DNA of 64,000 nt. It comes from the human T2T-CHM13v2.0 reference genome, Homo sapiens. Below, piece by piece: positions 43,011-56,800 of the stretch. The stretch lies in NCBI RefSeq assembly GCF_009914755.1, contig NC_060941.1; one strand, given 5' to 3'. Under the pieces are notes generated by a model that was given only the letters and a program-made list of their open reading frames with translations, was not told the DNA's origin and made no database searches. The position numbers were made by a program, and so were the translations under genes. The stretch's first letter is position 1; the number at the start of each line of letters is the position of its first letter.

Positions 43011-43979
43011 AGACACCACCTTTCATTATGAAAATCAAATTAATGAGTGGTGACAAATCAAGGATGGTACAGTTCATCCTGGCTCATCAGTAACCTCAGT
43101 GATTATTTAAAACTTATGCCCAATATTTTTTAGGAGGGGAATTTTAAGAGAGATATTATTTACAGTTGCTGGCACATGTTGATAATAAAAAGCAGATGGA
43201 CCCTCAATTAGGTTTATTATTTATTATAAATTTTCTAGAGACATTGTAACCCCTTAGTGCCTACACTCAAGGCTGGTCACCATCACTATCTTGCCTTAGG
43301 TACACCGCTGTTTATAAGAAGCCCCAAAACTCTGATGAATGACTATTGTCTTTTTCTACTAAAATCTCAGACAATTAAGAACTGAGGCTCAAAGTAGAAG
43401 AGTCCACTTGGCTAAGCCTTAGCAAACAATTACATGCTCATCTGAACCTGAGACTCTGGTAAACCCTAAACAAAGCTAATTATCTATATACTATAAGCCT
43501 GCAGACACTAGAATTATGAAGATAAGAAGTCCAACTGTGCAAGAGTAAAATAATATTATTTGCCACATTACATTTAAAGAAACAGCCTGGAGTCATTTTC
43601 TGTGAGTGTGATTGCATTTATTGTATTGGATAGTTTTTTTTTATTGGAAAAGTAATACAGTGCTTGTTGTCACAAGGCAAAAAATATAAAGGTATAAAAA
43701 TATTTGCACTGTCTTTCCAACTCTGCAGTCTAACTCTAATATCCTAAGGCAATTCATGTTAATTTGCAATTTGGCATATATCATCTGTGCTTTTGGAACT
43801 ATAGATAGTGAGGAGATGGATAGAGAGAAAGATTGAGATAGAGATTATCCAGATACATATATACACACTTCATATTGTTACAAAAATTGGGTCATCTCAT
43901 TCACTTTTCTTTAAAAAGCTTACTCTCAACAGTATTATCTTACTCTTCCCTCTGGGTCATTACATACAGATGTAACTCA

Positions 43980-44345
43980 TTCTGTTGAATTTATGTATTC
44001 ATTCATTCAACCTATATTTATTAAGACTGTCTACAGGCATATGTTTAGGCACTCAGGTAAACAAAACAAACAAATTCTTGCTTTTAGGAAATTTGCATTC
44101 TAATGTGGGATAATGAAAATAAACACATAAACAAGTAAACTAATAGCATGTCACATGTGATGTTGAGTGTTATAGAAAACCAAAAGCAGAGGACTCCACA
44201 GAAAGGGAGTATAGAAGAAGGGCTGCTGTTTTTCATAAGTGACCAGGGAAGCCTTGTGAGCAAAGAACTGAAGGACATGAGGGAACCAGCCATGCATGTA
44301 TCTGGGGCAAGACCTTCCCAGGCACGGAGGACAGCAAGTACAAAT
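43980..44345 (-). mobile_element. L2 3' end
   Basis: 'attcattcattcaacctatatttattaag...gagggaaccagccatg...ttcccaggcacggaggacagcaagtacaaa'. Confidence 0.7.
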
Positions 44346-44639
44346 AAGATTGCCAAAAAATATCCTAGTACAACTGTTCTTATGTATTCAAATCTTCTTG
44401 AATTATTCATCAAAAGGCATACATGTATAAAACTTACACCATCCATGTGGCAAAATCTGGTTCAATATAAGACTTTCCCGACCAAAATGGAAGCCAAGCT
44501 TCCTAAGATACCCACACAGATGGGAGCCAAAGAGGAAGACAAGCTGTTGAGTCAAGAGACATTGCTACTTGTCCTTCTAACCTGAATTGGCTTTGGATAT
44601 AGGCAAGGAAATCTGAAGATGGGTGGATCCTACTTAAAA

Positions 44640-45273
44640 AATTGCTATTATTAAAAAGTCAGAAAATAACAGATGCTGTCAAGGTTGTGGAGAAAAGGGA
44701 ACATTTATACACTGTTTGTGGGAGTGTAAATTAGTTCAAACATTGTAGAAGACAGCGTGGCAATTCCTCAAAGACCTAACGACAGAAGTACCACTTGACC
44801 CAGCAATCCCATTATGGGTATATACCCAAAGGAATATAAATCATTCTATTATGAAGACACATGAACATGTACGTTCATTGCAGCACTGTTCGCAATAGCA
44901 AAGACATGGAATCAACTTAAATGCCTATCAATGATAGACTGAATAAAGAAACTGTGGTACATATATACCATGAAATAATAGTATGCAGCCATAAAAAAGA
45001 AAGAGATCATGTTCTTTGCAGGGACATGAATAAAGTTGGAGGCTATTATCCTTAGCGAACTAACACAGGAACAGATAACCAAATACCCCATGTTCTCACT
45101 TATAAGTGGGAGCTAAATGATGAGAACACATGGGCACATAGAGGGGAACAACACACACCAGGGCCTATTGGCAGGTGGAGGCTGGGAGGAGGGAGAGGAT
45201 CAGGAAAAATGACTAATGTACACTAGGCTTAATACCTGTGTCATGAAATAATCTGTACAACCAACCCCCATGA
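44640..45273 (+). mobile_element. L1PA (older subfamily) 3' end, left part
   Basis: ORF2 C-terminus and 3'UTR 'atgttctcacttataagtgggagctaaatgatgagaacacatgg...ctgtacaaccaacccccatga'. Confidence 0.92.
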
Positions 45274-45439
45274 TGGATTCCTACTAAGCCATGTCCCATC
45301 TGTGAGGGACCCCACTGGAAATTGGACTGTCCAGCTCACCTGGCAGCCACTCCCAGAGACTGTAGAGCTCTGGCCTAAGGCTCTCTGACTGATTCCTTCC
45401 CAGATCTGCCTAGCTTAGTGGCTGAAGACTGACGCTGAC

Positions 45440-48400
45440 CAATTGCTTCGAAAGCCTCCTGAACCATCACAGACGCTTTGGGTAACTCTTACAGTGGAGG
45501 ATAAGTCCATCCTCTTCTTAATCAATATGGAGGCTACCCACTCCACATTACCTTCTTTTCAAGGGCCTGTTTCCCTTGCATCCATAACTGTTGTGGGTAT
45601 TGACGGCCAGGCTGCTAGACCCCTTAAAACTCCCCAACTCTGGTGCCAACTTGGACAACATTCTTTTATGCACTCCTTTTTAGTTATCCCCACCTGCCCA
45701 GTTCCATTATTAGGTCTAGATATTTTAACAAAATTATCTGCTACCCTGACTATTCCTGGACTACAGCCACATCTCATTGCTGCCCTTCTCCCCAACCCAA
45801 AGCCTCCTTCATGTCTTCCTCTTGTATCCCGCCCACCTTAACCCACAAGAATGGGACCCTTCTCTTCCCTCCCTGGCAACCAATCACATACCCATTACTA
45901 TCCCATTAAAACCTAATCACCCTTACCCCACTCAGTGTCAGTATCCCATCCCACAACAAGCTTTGAGGGGATTAAAGCCTGTCCAGGATCTTTGTCTTGT
46001 CAACCAAATTGTCTTGCCTATCCACCCCATGGTGCCAAACCCATATACTCTCCTATCCTCAATACCTTCCTCCACAACTCACTATTCCATTCTTGATGTT
46101 AAAGATGCTTTTTTCACTATTCCCCTTCACCCCTTATCCCAGCCTCTCTTTGCTTTTACCTGGACTGACGCTGACACCCATCAGTCCCAGCAGCTGTACT
46201 GCCACAAGGCTTCAGGGACAGGCCTCTTTACTTCAGCCAAGCTCTTTCTCATGATTTACTTTATTTCCACCCCTTTGCTTCTCATCTTATTCAATATACT
46301 GATGACCTTCTACTTTGTAGCCCCTCCTTTGAGTCTTCTCAATAAGATATCCTCCTGCTCCTTCAACATTTACTCTCCAAAGGATATCAAGTATCCCCCT
46401 CCAAAGCTCAAATTTCTTCTCCATCGGTTACCTGCTTTGGCATAAGTCTTCATGAAAACACGTATGCTCTCCCTGACAATCGCGTCCAGCTGATCTCTCA
46501 AACCCCAAACCCTTCTACAAAGCAACAACTCCTTTCCTTCCTGGGCATGGTTGGATACTTTCACCTTTGGATACCTGGTCTTGCCATCCTAACAAAACCA
46601 TTATATAAACTCACAAAAGGAAACCTAGCTGACCCCATAGATCATAAATCCTTTCCCCACTCCTCTTTCCATTCCTTGAAGACAGCTTTAGAGACTGCCC
46701 ACACACTAGCTCTCCCTGACTCATACCAACCCTTTTCATTACACACAGCCGAAGTGCAGGGCTGTGCAGTCAGAATTCTTACACAACGACTGGGACTGTG
46801 CCCTGTAGCCTTTCTGTCCAAACAACGTGACCTTACTGTTTTAGGATGGCCTCATGTTTCTGTGCAGTGGCCGCTGCCGCCCTAATTCTTTTAGAGGCAC
46901 TCAAATTTACAAACGATGCTCAACTCACTCTCTACAGCTCTCATAACTTCCAAAATCTATTTTCTTCCTCACACCTGACACATATACTTTCTGCTCCCCG
47001 GCTCCTTCAGCTATACTGACTCTTTGTTGAGTCTTCCACAATTACCATTGTTCCTGGCCCGGACTTCAATCCAGCCTCCTACATTATTCCGGACACCACA
47101 CCTGACCCCCATGACTGTATCTCTTTGATCCACCTGACATTCACCCTATTTCCCCATATTTCCTTCTTTCCTGTTCCTCACCCTGATCACTTTTGGTTTA
47201 TTGATGGCAGTTCCACCAGGCCTAATCACCACTCACTAGCAGAGGCAGGCTACACTATAGTATCTTCCACATCTATCATTAGGGCTACTACTCTGCCCCC
47301 CTCCACTACCTCTCAGCAAGCCAATCTCATCGCCTTAACTCGAGTCCTCACTCGTACAAAAGGACTGCATGTCAATATTTATACTAACTCTAAATAAGCC
47401 TTCCATATCCTGTACCACCATGCTGTTATATGGGCTGAAAGAGGTTTCCTCACTACACAAGGGTCCTCCATCATTAATGCCTCTTTAATAAAAACTCTTC
47501 TCAAGGCTGCTTTATTTCCAAAGGAATCGGGAGTCCTTCACTGCAAAGGCCATCAAAGGGCCTCAGACCCCATTGTTCAAGGCAACAATTATGCTGATAA
47601 GACAGCTAAAGAAGCAGTCAGCATTCCTACTTCTGTCCCTAATGGCCAGTTTTTCTCCTTGTCATCAGCCACTCCTACTTACTCTCACACTGAAATTTCA
47701 ACTTATCAATCCTTCCCCACTCAAGGCAAATGGTTTTTGGACCAAGGAAAATTTCTCCTTCCAGCCTCACAGGCCCATTCTATTCTGTCGTCATTTCATA
47801 ACCTCTTACATGTAGATTACAAGCCACTAGCCCATCTCTTAGAACCTCTCATTTCCTTTCCATCATGGAAATCTATCCTCAAGGAAATCACTTCTCAGTG
47901 TTCCATCTGCTATTCTACTACTCCTCAGAGACTCCTCAGGCCCCTCCCTTCCCTACACATCAAGCTCAGGGATTTGCCCCTGCCCAGGACTGGCAAATTG
48001 ACTTTACTCACATGCCCTGAGTCAGAAAAATAAAATACCTATTCGTCTGGATAGACACTTTCACTGGATGGGAGAGGCCTTTCCCACCGGGTCTGAGAAG
48101 GCCACTGTGGTCATTTATTACCTTCTGTCAGACATAATTCCTTGGTTTGGCCTTCCTACCTCTCTACAGTCCGATAATGGACCAGCCTTTATTACTGACA
48201 TCACCCAAGCAGTTTCTCAGGCTCTTGGTATTCAGTGGAATCTTCATACCCCTTACCGTCCTCAATCCTCAGGAAAGGTAGAACAGACTAATGGTCTTTT
48301 AAAGACATACCTCACCAAGCTCAGCCTCCAACTTAAAAAAGACTGGACAGTACTTTTACTTGCCCTTCTCAGAATTAGAGCCTGTCCTTGAGATGCTACA

Positions 48401-48830
48401 GGTTACAGTCCACTTGAACTTTTATATGGATGCACTTTCTTGCTTGGCCCCAACCTCATCCCAGACACCAGCCCTCTAGGAGACTATCTTCCAGTCCTCC
48501 AGCAGGCTAGACAGGAAATTCACCAGGCTGCTAATCTTCTCTTGCCTACTCCAGGTTCCCAGCCATATGAAGACACCCTAGCTGGACGATCAGTTCCTGT
48601 TAAGAGTCTGACCCCTCAAACTCTGCAGCCTCAATGGACCAGACCCTACCTAGTCATCTGTAGCACCCCAACTGCCATCCATCTGCAGGACCCCCCCACC
48701 CCCAGTTAGGTTCACTGTTCCAGAATAAAGCTGTGCCTGTCAGAGAGACAGCCTGATCTCTTTCTTTTCCTCCTGGAAGTCTCAAGTACTCACCCCTACT
48801 TCCCTTAAACTCACCTGCATTCCTAAAGGA
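45440..48830 (+). pseudogene. pol: HERV-H pro-pol, frameshifted
   Basis: ORF fragments: protease (FLINMEATHS, PLLGLD), RT (VQDL, LDVKDAFF, YTDD), RNase H (WFIDGSS), integrase (SDNGPAF, PQSSGKVE). Confidence 0.9.
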
Positions 48831-49125
48831 TAATAGTAACCCTTATAAGCCTAATACATCTTTTCATTTTTATTAGGTCTCTTCTTCCTTAGCCTGCTCT
48901 TTACAACAGGGCTTTATGCCTACCTCACTTGGACTGCGCCCCAAAAAGTTGTCATCCCTACTATCTTCTCTCTAGTCATACTCCTATTCACCATTCTCAA
49001 CTACTCATAAATGCCCTGCCCCTGTTTACACTGCTGGTTTACACTTTTTCTCCAAACCATCGTAGCAAATATCTCCTGGTACTATCCCCAATCTGCCACT
49101 CTTGACTCCCTCTTGGAGTGGATAG

Positions 49126-49731
49126 ATGATCTTTGCTGAGAGGGCACACTCCAATACTTTCACCGTGATAAAGTCCTATTCTTTACTTTTATACTCACTC
49201 TTATTTTTGTTCCCATTCTTATGCCACCCTCTACATCTCCCCAGTTATCTCCACCACACTATCAATCTCACTCACTCTCTCCAAGCCATTTCTAATCCTG
49301 CTTTAACGAACAATTGCTGGCTTTGCATTTCTCTTTTCTCCAAAGCCACGGAGGCCTCAACTCACTCACTGCTAAAAAAAAAAGACTGTATATTTTTAAA
49401 TGAAGAGTGTTGTATTTACATAAATCAATCTGGCCTGGTATATGACAACATAAAAAAACTCAAGGATAAAGCCCAAAAACTCACCAACCAAGCAAATAAT
49501 TACACTGAACCCCCTTGGGCACTCTCTAATAGGATATCCTGGGTCCTCCAAATTCTTAGTCCTTTAATATCTGTTTTTCTCCTTCTCTTATTCAGACCTT
49601 GTATCTTTCATTTAATTTCTCAATTCCCTCAAAATCACATCCAGACCATCACCAATCATTCTATACGACAAATGCTCCTTCTAACAACCCCACAATATCA
49701 CCTCTTACCCCAAAATCTTTCTTCAGTTTAA
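49126..49731 (+). pseudogene. env: Internally deleted HERV-H env with an open 201-codon frame
   Basis: ATG start MIFA..., hydrophobic leader, CWLC, CIFLNEECC (CX6CC), transmembrane segment, HERV-H-like C-terminus. Confidence 0.85.
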
Positions 49732-49891
49732 TCTCTCCCTCTCTAGGTTCCCACACCACCCCAATCCTGCTCAAAGCAGCCCTGAGAAACATCACCCATT
49801 ATCTCTCCATACCACCCCCAAAAATTTTTGCTGCCCCAACACTTCACCACTACTTTGTTTTGTTTTTCTTATTAATATAAGGAGACAGGAA

Positions 49892-50298
49892 TGTCAGGCC
49901 TCTGAGCCCAAGCTAAGCCATCATAACCCCTGTGACCTGCACGTATACATTCAGATGGCCTGAAGCAACAGAAGAACCACAAAAGATGACATTCCACCAT
50001 TGTGATTTGTTCCTGCCCCACCCCAACTAATCAATTGACCTTGTTACATTCCCCCTGGACAATGAGTCACATGATCTCCCCACCCTGCACCTTGTGACCC
50101 TGCCCCTGCCCACAAGAGATAACCACCTTTAACTGTAATTTCCACTTCCTACCCAAATCCTGTAAAACTGCTCCACCGCTATCTCCCTTTGCTGACTCTC
50201 TTTTCGGACTCAGCCCCCTTGCACCCAAGTGAAATAAATAGCCTTGTTGCTCACACAAAGCCTGTTGATGGACTCTCTTCACACGGACTCCTGTGACA
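49892..50298 (+). mobile_element. LTR7-family 3' LTR
   Basis: TGTCAGGCCTCTGAGCCCAAGCTAAGCCATC after purine tract aaggagacaggaa; AATAAA at ~50234; ends ctcttcacacggactcctgtgaca. Confidence 0.93.
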
Positions 50299-50365
50299 AC
50301 AAGTTTATCTATGTTAACAAGCCTGAACATCTACCCCTGAACTTAAAAGTTAAAGAAAAAAAGAG
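50299..50365 (+). mobile_element. L1PA 3' end, right part and A-tail
   Basis: 'acaagtttatctatgttaacaagcctgaacatctacccctgaacttaaaagttaaagaaaaaaa' continues the L1 broken at 45273. Confidence 0.88.
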
Positions 50366-52717
50366 TTTAATTTGGAGGAAGGAAAGAACAAGTAATGACA
50401 TCCTCTGGCTCTGATGGCCTATGATCTCGTACTACCACTTCCAAATAAGAATCTTTTTTAGATTATTTTATATTCCATCACTGGCCCATACTATTACTAC
50501 TGGCTCATAAAGGATCAAATAATTATACTTTTGAACATTCAGTTTTTGAACTGAATCAAATAATGTAAGATCTTAATGTACTTTATGTATGCATGTTTTA
50601 TGAAATAGCCCAGAACAACAGATGTAAGTGCTATAAATTAGGCCAGGTTAAGAGGAGTCAAAGCTGGAAATTGACATACCTACTAGGACTCATGGGAATC
50701 CAGCTGCACTCCCAAACTGGCTTCTATGTCTCCTTTGAGAAAGTAACCACTTGGTCAAAAGCACATGTGTAATGTTTCATATACAAACTCCCATCTTGGC
50801 TATTCACAATGCACATTTGAATTTTAGAGACTGAGTAATTCCAACAAGGAAAGTCATTCAACTTTGTTAAATGATTTAAAAAAAATATGTAATGAACATT
50901 TTTTTCTTAATATTTTGCATTAAAATTAGTTTAGAAAGCACAGCAATATAGAGTTTAGGTTCCAGAACATGCTGGGAATTTCATATACTGTATTGTCACA
51001 CAGGCCTAATACACTGAATTCAAGAAAAGTGTTGTTTCTTTATTAGTAGATACCATATTGATTTTAAAATGTGCATGCAAAAAAACTATGATCAACACTA
51101 TTTAAACTTTTAACTTATTTGGGTCTAAGTACCTCAATATTTTTTATCTTAAGATTATATAGATGCTTTGAATTGTATTTGTTGTACTAAGTTGATCATG
51201 AATTATCTAATTTAATCTTAATGATAATCTTATAAGGTAGATAGTGGCATTCTCATTTTATTGATATTAAAGTCAAGATTTAGATAAATTATGACTTTTG
51301 AAAAAAATGGCAGATAGAAGGCAGGACTAAATTCCAGCTCCCACTTGGGAGGACAGAGCAGTGTTTGGATACCTGCAATGTGAGCTTTTGTTCCAGGAAC
51401 TACTGAAAGAAGATATCAGAAAAGCTGAGAGAATCCACAGACCCTTTGAAGGAAGTGGATTTCTCCTGCAAGACCCAGTAGATAGCCTAAATACTGTCAG
51501 TGCCCATACTAAAAGTTGGAAAGGGGGATTGTCTGCCCCCAAACACACACCCTCACTGGAGAACCTGAAGGTCCAGATAACAGGGGAAGGATTTGACCTT
51601 ACCTGGAGCTGAGACAATTTAAAGAGCCGAGAGAAATACAGGAGTAGAGGAAGCAATGGGAAAAGCCCTGTGGACTCTCTAGTTTCACAGGGAAGCCATT
51701 TCTGACTTGTCTCACAGGGGCCCTTGGGAAGGGCTACCAGAGTAACTGGGAAAAGACCACAGGGAGAAGGAAACCTCCAGCTGAACTTGTAACAATCCCA
51801 ACTGAATGCAAAGTTTCCTGGCCAGAACTCAGGGGAGGACATGAATCCAGTGTGCAGGCACCACAGGCAGGGAGGTACAAAAGCCCTGCTTGCTTTCTCA
51901 GCCAGGAGGCTGGTAGCCTGGGGCAAGTTCTCAGCCCCACTGGCCCACTGCCTGGAAACAAACCTGGTGCTGTTAGGGCAGGGGGGCACAGTGGGAGTGA
52001 GACTGGCCTTTTAAGTTGCATGGGAGCTGGATGAAGCCTGTAACTGCTGGCTTTCCTCCCACTTTCCTGACAACCTGCATGGCACAGCAGAGGAAGCCAT
52101 AATCCTCCTGGCAACATAACTCCATTGACCTGGGAACCACACCTCATGCCCCACAGCAGCCACAGGAAGACCTGCCCAAGGACAGTCTGAGCTCAGACAT
52201 GCCTAGCCCCACCCTCACCTAATGGTCCTTCCCTACCTACCTTGGTAGCTGAAGACAAAGGGCATATTCTTTTGGGAGTTCTAGGGCCCCACTCACCACC
52301 TGATCCTCCCTATACTACCATAGCTGATATTCTTTTGAAAGCACCACCAACTGGCAGAAGGCCAACCAGGACAAAACTAGTGCATTAAACAACTACAACT
52401 AAGGACTCTCACAGAGTCCATTTCACTATCCTGCCATCTCCAATAGACCAGGTGCTGATATCTACAGCTTAGAGACCTGAAGACGGTTCACATCACAGGA
52501 CTCTGTACAGACACCCCCCAGTACCAACCCAGAGCCTGGTAGACCTGTTGGGTGACTAGATCCAGAATATAAATAACAAATACTACAATTCAGCTCTCAG
52601 AAGGCCACATCCCTAGGAAAAGAGGGAGAGTACTATATCAACGAGCACCCCATGGGACAAAAGAATCTGAACAGCAGCCTCGTGCACCCAATCTTTCCTC
52701 TGACATAGCCTACCTAA

Positions 52718-53765
52718 ATGAGAAGGAACCAGAAAAACAATTCTAGTAATGTAAAAAAAACAAGGTTCTTTAATATCACCCAAAAATCACACTAGCTCAT
52801 CAGCAATGAATCCAAACCCAGAAGAAATCCCTGAATTGCCAGAAAAAGTATTGAGAAGGTTGATTATTAAGCTAATCAAGGAGGCACTAGAGAAAGGTGA
52901 AGTCCAATTTAAGGAAATTTTTTTAAAAAATGATACAAGATAGGAAGGGAGAAATCTTCAATAGATAGAGTAAATAAAAAATAATCACAACTTCAGGAAA
53001 CAAAGGACATACTTAGAGAAATGCAAAATGTGCTGGAAAGTCAGCAATAGAATTGAACAAGCAGAAGAAAGAACTTCAGAGTTCAAAGACAAGGTTTCCA
53101 AATAACCCAATCCAACAAAGACAAAGAAAAAAGAATAAAAAGTAAATAAACAAAGCCTCCAAAAAGTTTGGGATTATGTTAAATGACCAAACATAAGAAT
53201 AATCAGTGTTCCTGAGAAAGAAGAGAAATCTAAAAGTTTGAATAACATATTTGGGAAAATAATTGAGGAAAAATTACCCAGCCTTGCTAGAGACCTAGAC
53301 ATCCACATACAAGAAGCTTAAAGAACAGCTGGGAAGTTCATTGCAAAAAGATAATCACCTAGACATATAGTCATCAGGTTATCTAAAGTCAAGATGAAGG
53401 AAAGAATCTTAAGAGGTGTGAGACAAAAGCACCAGGTAACCTATAAAGGAAAACCTATCAGGTTAACAGCAGATTTCTCAGCAGAAACCCTACAAGCTAG
53501 AAGAGATTGGGGCCCTATCTTCAGCCTCCTTAAACAAAACAATTACCAGCCAAGAATTTTATATCCAGCTAAGCTTCATAAATGAAGGAAAGATACAGTC
53601 TTTTTCAGACAAATAAATGCTGATAGAATTCACCACTACCAATGCAGCACTACAAGAACTGCTAAAAGGAGCCCTAAATCTTGAAACAAATTATGGAAAT
53701 ACATCAAAACAGAACCTCTTTCAAGCATGAATCTCACAGGACCTATAAAACAAAAATACAATTAA
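52718..53765 (+). pseudogene. L1 ORF1p remnant
   Basis: ATG AGA AGG AAC CAG (MRRNQ); 'VTYKGKPIRLTADFSAETLQARRDW..IF..LK..N.QPRILYPAKL'; multiple stops. Confidence 0.9.
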
Positions 53766-53802
53766 AAAAAAAAAAACAAGGTATTCCTGCAACAAATATC
53801 AA

Positions 53803-56800
53803 ATTAATGGAATAGTACCTCACATCTCAATACTAATGTTGAAAGTAAATGGCCTAGATGCTCCACTTAAAAGATACAGAATTGCAAAATAGATAAGAAT
53901 TCACCAACCAAGCATCTGCTGCCTTCAAGAGACTCACCTAACACATAAGGACTCACATAAACTTAAGGTTAAGGGGTGGAAAAAGATTTTCCATGCAAAT
54001 GGAAACCAAAAGCAAGCAGGAGTAGCTGTTCTTATATCAGACATAGAAAACTTTAAAGCAACAGCAGTTTAAAAAGACAAAGATGAACGTTATATAATGA
54101 TGAAAGGCCTTGTCCAACAGGAAAATATCACAGTCCTAAATATATATGCACCTAACATTGGAGCTCCCCAATTTACAAAACAATTACTACTAGACCTATG
54201 AAATGAGATAGATAGCAACACAGTAATAGTGGGGGACTTCAATACTCCACTGACAGCACTAGACAGGTCATCAAGACAGAAAGTCAACAAAGAAACAATG
54301 AACTTAAACTATACCCTAGAACAAATGGACTTAACAGATATTTACAGAACATTCTGCCCAACAACCACAGAATATACATTTATTCAACAGTGCATGGAAC
54401 TTTCTCCAAGATAGGCCATATGAATGGCCACAAAACAAGTCTCAAAAAATTTAATAAAATTGAAACTATATCAAGTGCTCTCTCAGACCACAGTAGAATA
54501 AAATTGGAAATCAACCTCAAAAGGAACATTAAAACCATGCAAATACATGGAAATTGAATGACATGCTCCTGAATGATCATTGGGTCCACAGTAAAATCAA
54601 GATGGAAATTAAAAAATTCTTTGAACTAAATGATAATAGCGACAGAACCTATCAAAACGTCTGGGATACAGCAAAGGTAGTGCTAAGAGGAAAGTTCGTA
54701 GCCTTAAATGTTTACATCAAAAAGTCTGAAAGAGCACAGGTAGACAATCTAAGGTCACACCTCAAGGAAGTAGAGAAACAAGAACAAACCAAACCAAAAT
54801 TAAGCAGAAAAAAAGAAATAACAAAGATCAGAGCATAACTAAATGAAATTGAAACAAAAACTTACAAAAGATAAATGAAGCAAAAAGCTGGTTCTTTGAA
54901 AAGATAAATAAAATTGATACACCATTACAAGATTAACCAAGAAGAGAGAAGACTCAAATAAGCTCAATTAGAAACAAAATAGGAGATACTACAACTGACA
55001 CCACAGAAATAAAAAAGATCATTCAAGGCTACTATGAAAACCTTTACATGCATAAACTAGAAAACCTAGAGGAGATGGATAAATTCCTGGAAAGATATAA
55101 CCCTCCTAGCTTAAATCAGGAAGAATTAGAAACCCTGAACAGACCAACAACAAGCAGTAAGATTGAAATGGTAATTAAAAAATTACCAAGAACAAAAAAA
55201 GTTCAGGAACAGATGGATTCACAGCTGAATTCTATCAGACATTCAAAGAATTGGTACCAATCCTATTGACACTATTTCACTAGATAGAGGAAGAGGGAAT
55301 CCTCTTTAAGTCATTCTATGAAGCCAGTATCATCCTAATACCAAAACCAGTAAAGGACATTACAAAAAAAGAAAACCACAGACCAATATCCCTGATGAAC
55401 ATAGATGCAAAAATTCTTAACAAAATAGTAGCTAACTGAATCCAACAGCATATCAAAAAGATAATCCACCATGATCAAGTGGGTTTCATACCAGGGAAAC
55501 AGGATGGTTTAACATACACAAGTCAATAAATGTGATACATCACATAAACAGAATTAAAAACAAAAATCACACGATTATCTCAATAGCTGCAGAAGAAGCA
55601 TTTGACAAATTCCAGCATCCCTTTAATGACTAAAACCCTCAGCAAAAGTGATATACAAGGGATACACTTCAATGTAATAAAAGCCATCTATGACAAACCC
55701 ATAGCCAATATAATACCGAATGGGGAAAAGTTGAAAGCATTCCCTCTGAGAACTGGAACAAGACAAGGATGCCCACTCTCATCACTTCTATTCCACATAG
55801 TACTGAAAGGCCTAGCCAGAGCAATCAGGCAAGAGTAAAAAATCAAGGGCATCCAGATCAGTAAAGAGGAAGTCAAACTGTCACTTTTTGCTGATGATAT
55901 GATCATATACCTAGAAAACCCTAAAGACTCCTTCAAAAAGCTATTAGAATTGATAAATGAATTCTGCAAGGTTTCAGAATACAAAATTAATGTATACAAA
56001 TCAGTAGCTCTGCTATACCAGCAAGCTCTGCTATATACAGCAAGCAAGCTGAGAATCAAATCAAGAACTCAACCCCTTTTACAATAACTGCAAAAAAAAA
56101 ATACTTAGGAATATACCTAACCAAGGAGGTAAAAGACCTCTACAAGGAAAACTACAAAACACTGCTGAAAGAAATAATAGATGATACAAAGAAATGGAAA
56201 CACATCCCATGCTCATGGATGGGTAGAATCAATATTGTGAAAATGACCATACTGCTAAAAGCAATCTAAAAATTCAATGTAACTCCCATCAAAATACCAC
56301 CATCATTCATCACAGAAATAGAAAAAAAATCCTAAAATTCATATGGAACTAAAAAGAGCCCACATAGTGAAAGAAGACTAACCAAAATGAACAAATCTGG
56401 AGGCATCACATTACCTGACTTCAAACTATGCTATAAGGCCATAGTCACTAAAACAGCATGGTACTGGCATAGAAATAGGCATCTAGACCAATTGAATGGA
56501 GTAGAGAATCCAGAAATAAACCCAAATACTTACAGCCAACTGATCTTCAGCAAAGCAAACAAAAACATGAAGTGGGGAAAGGACACCCTACTCAACGAAT
56601 GGTGCTGGGATAATTGGCAAGCCATATGTAGAATGATACTGGATCCTCATCTCTCACCTTATACCGAAATCAACTCAAGATGGATCAAAGGCTTAAATTT
56701 AAGACATGAAACTATAAAAATTATAGAAGATAACATGGTAAAAACCTTTCTAGACATTGGCTTAGGCAAAGACTTCATGACCCAAAAGCAAATGCAACAA

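Larger units (their letters stand above)
45274..50298 (+). mobile_element. HERV-H provirus lacking 5' LTR and most of gag
   Basis: Begins in the gag zinc knuckle (PCPICEGPHWKLDC), then pro, RT, RNase H, integrase, deleted env, PPT and LTR7-type 3' LTR. Confidence 0.93.

Noticed and set aside
44084-44585. Overlapping 120-aa and 145-aa ORFs
   Set aside because: Lie largely in an L2 fragment; no protein motif
51327-51989. 220-aa antisense ORF in the L1 5'UTR, reminiscent of L1 ORF0
   Set aside because: GTG start, no similarity to ORF0 that I can recognise, different 5'UTR family; long frames are expected in GC-richer sequence
56005-56050. Short tandem duplication 'gctctgctata' in L1 ORF2
   Set aside because: Ordinary slippage duplication in a dead element
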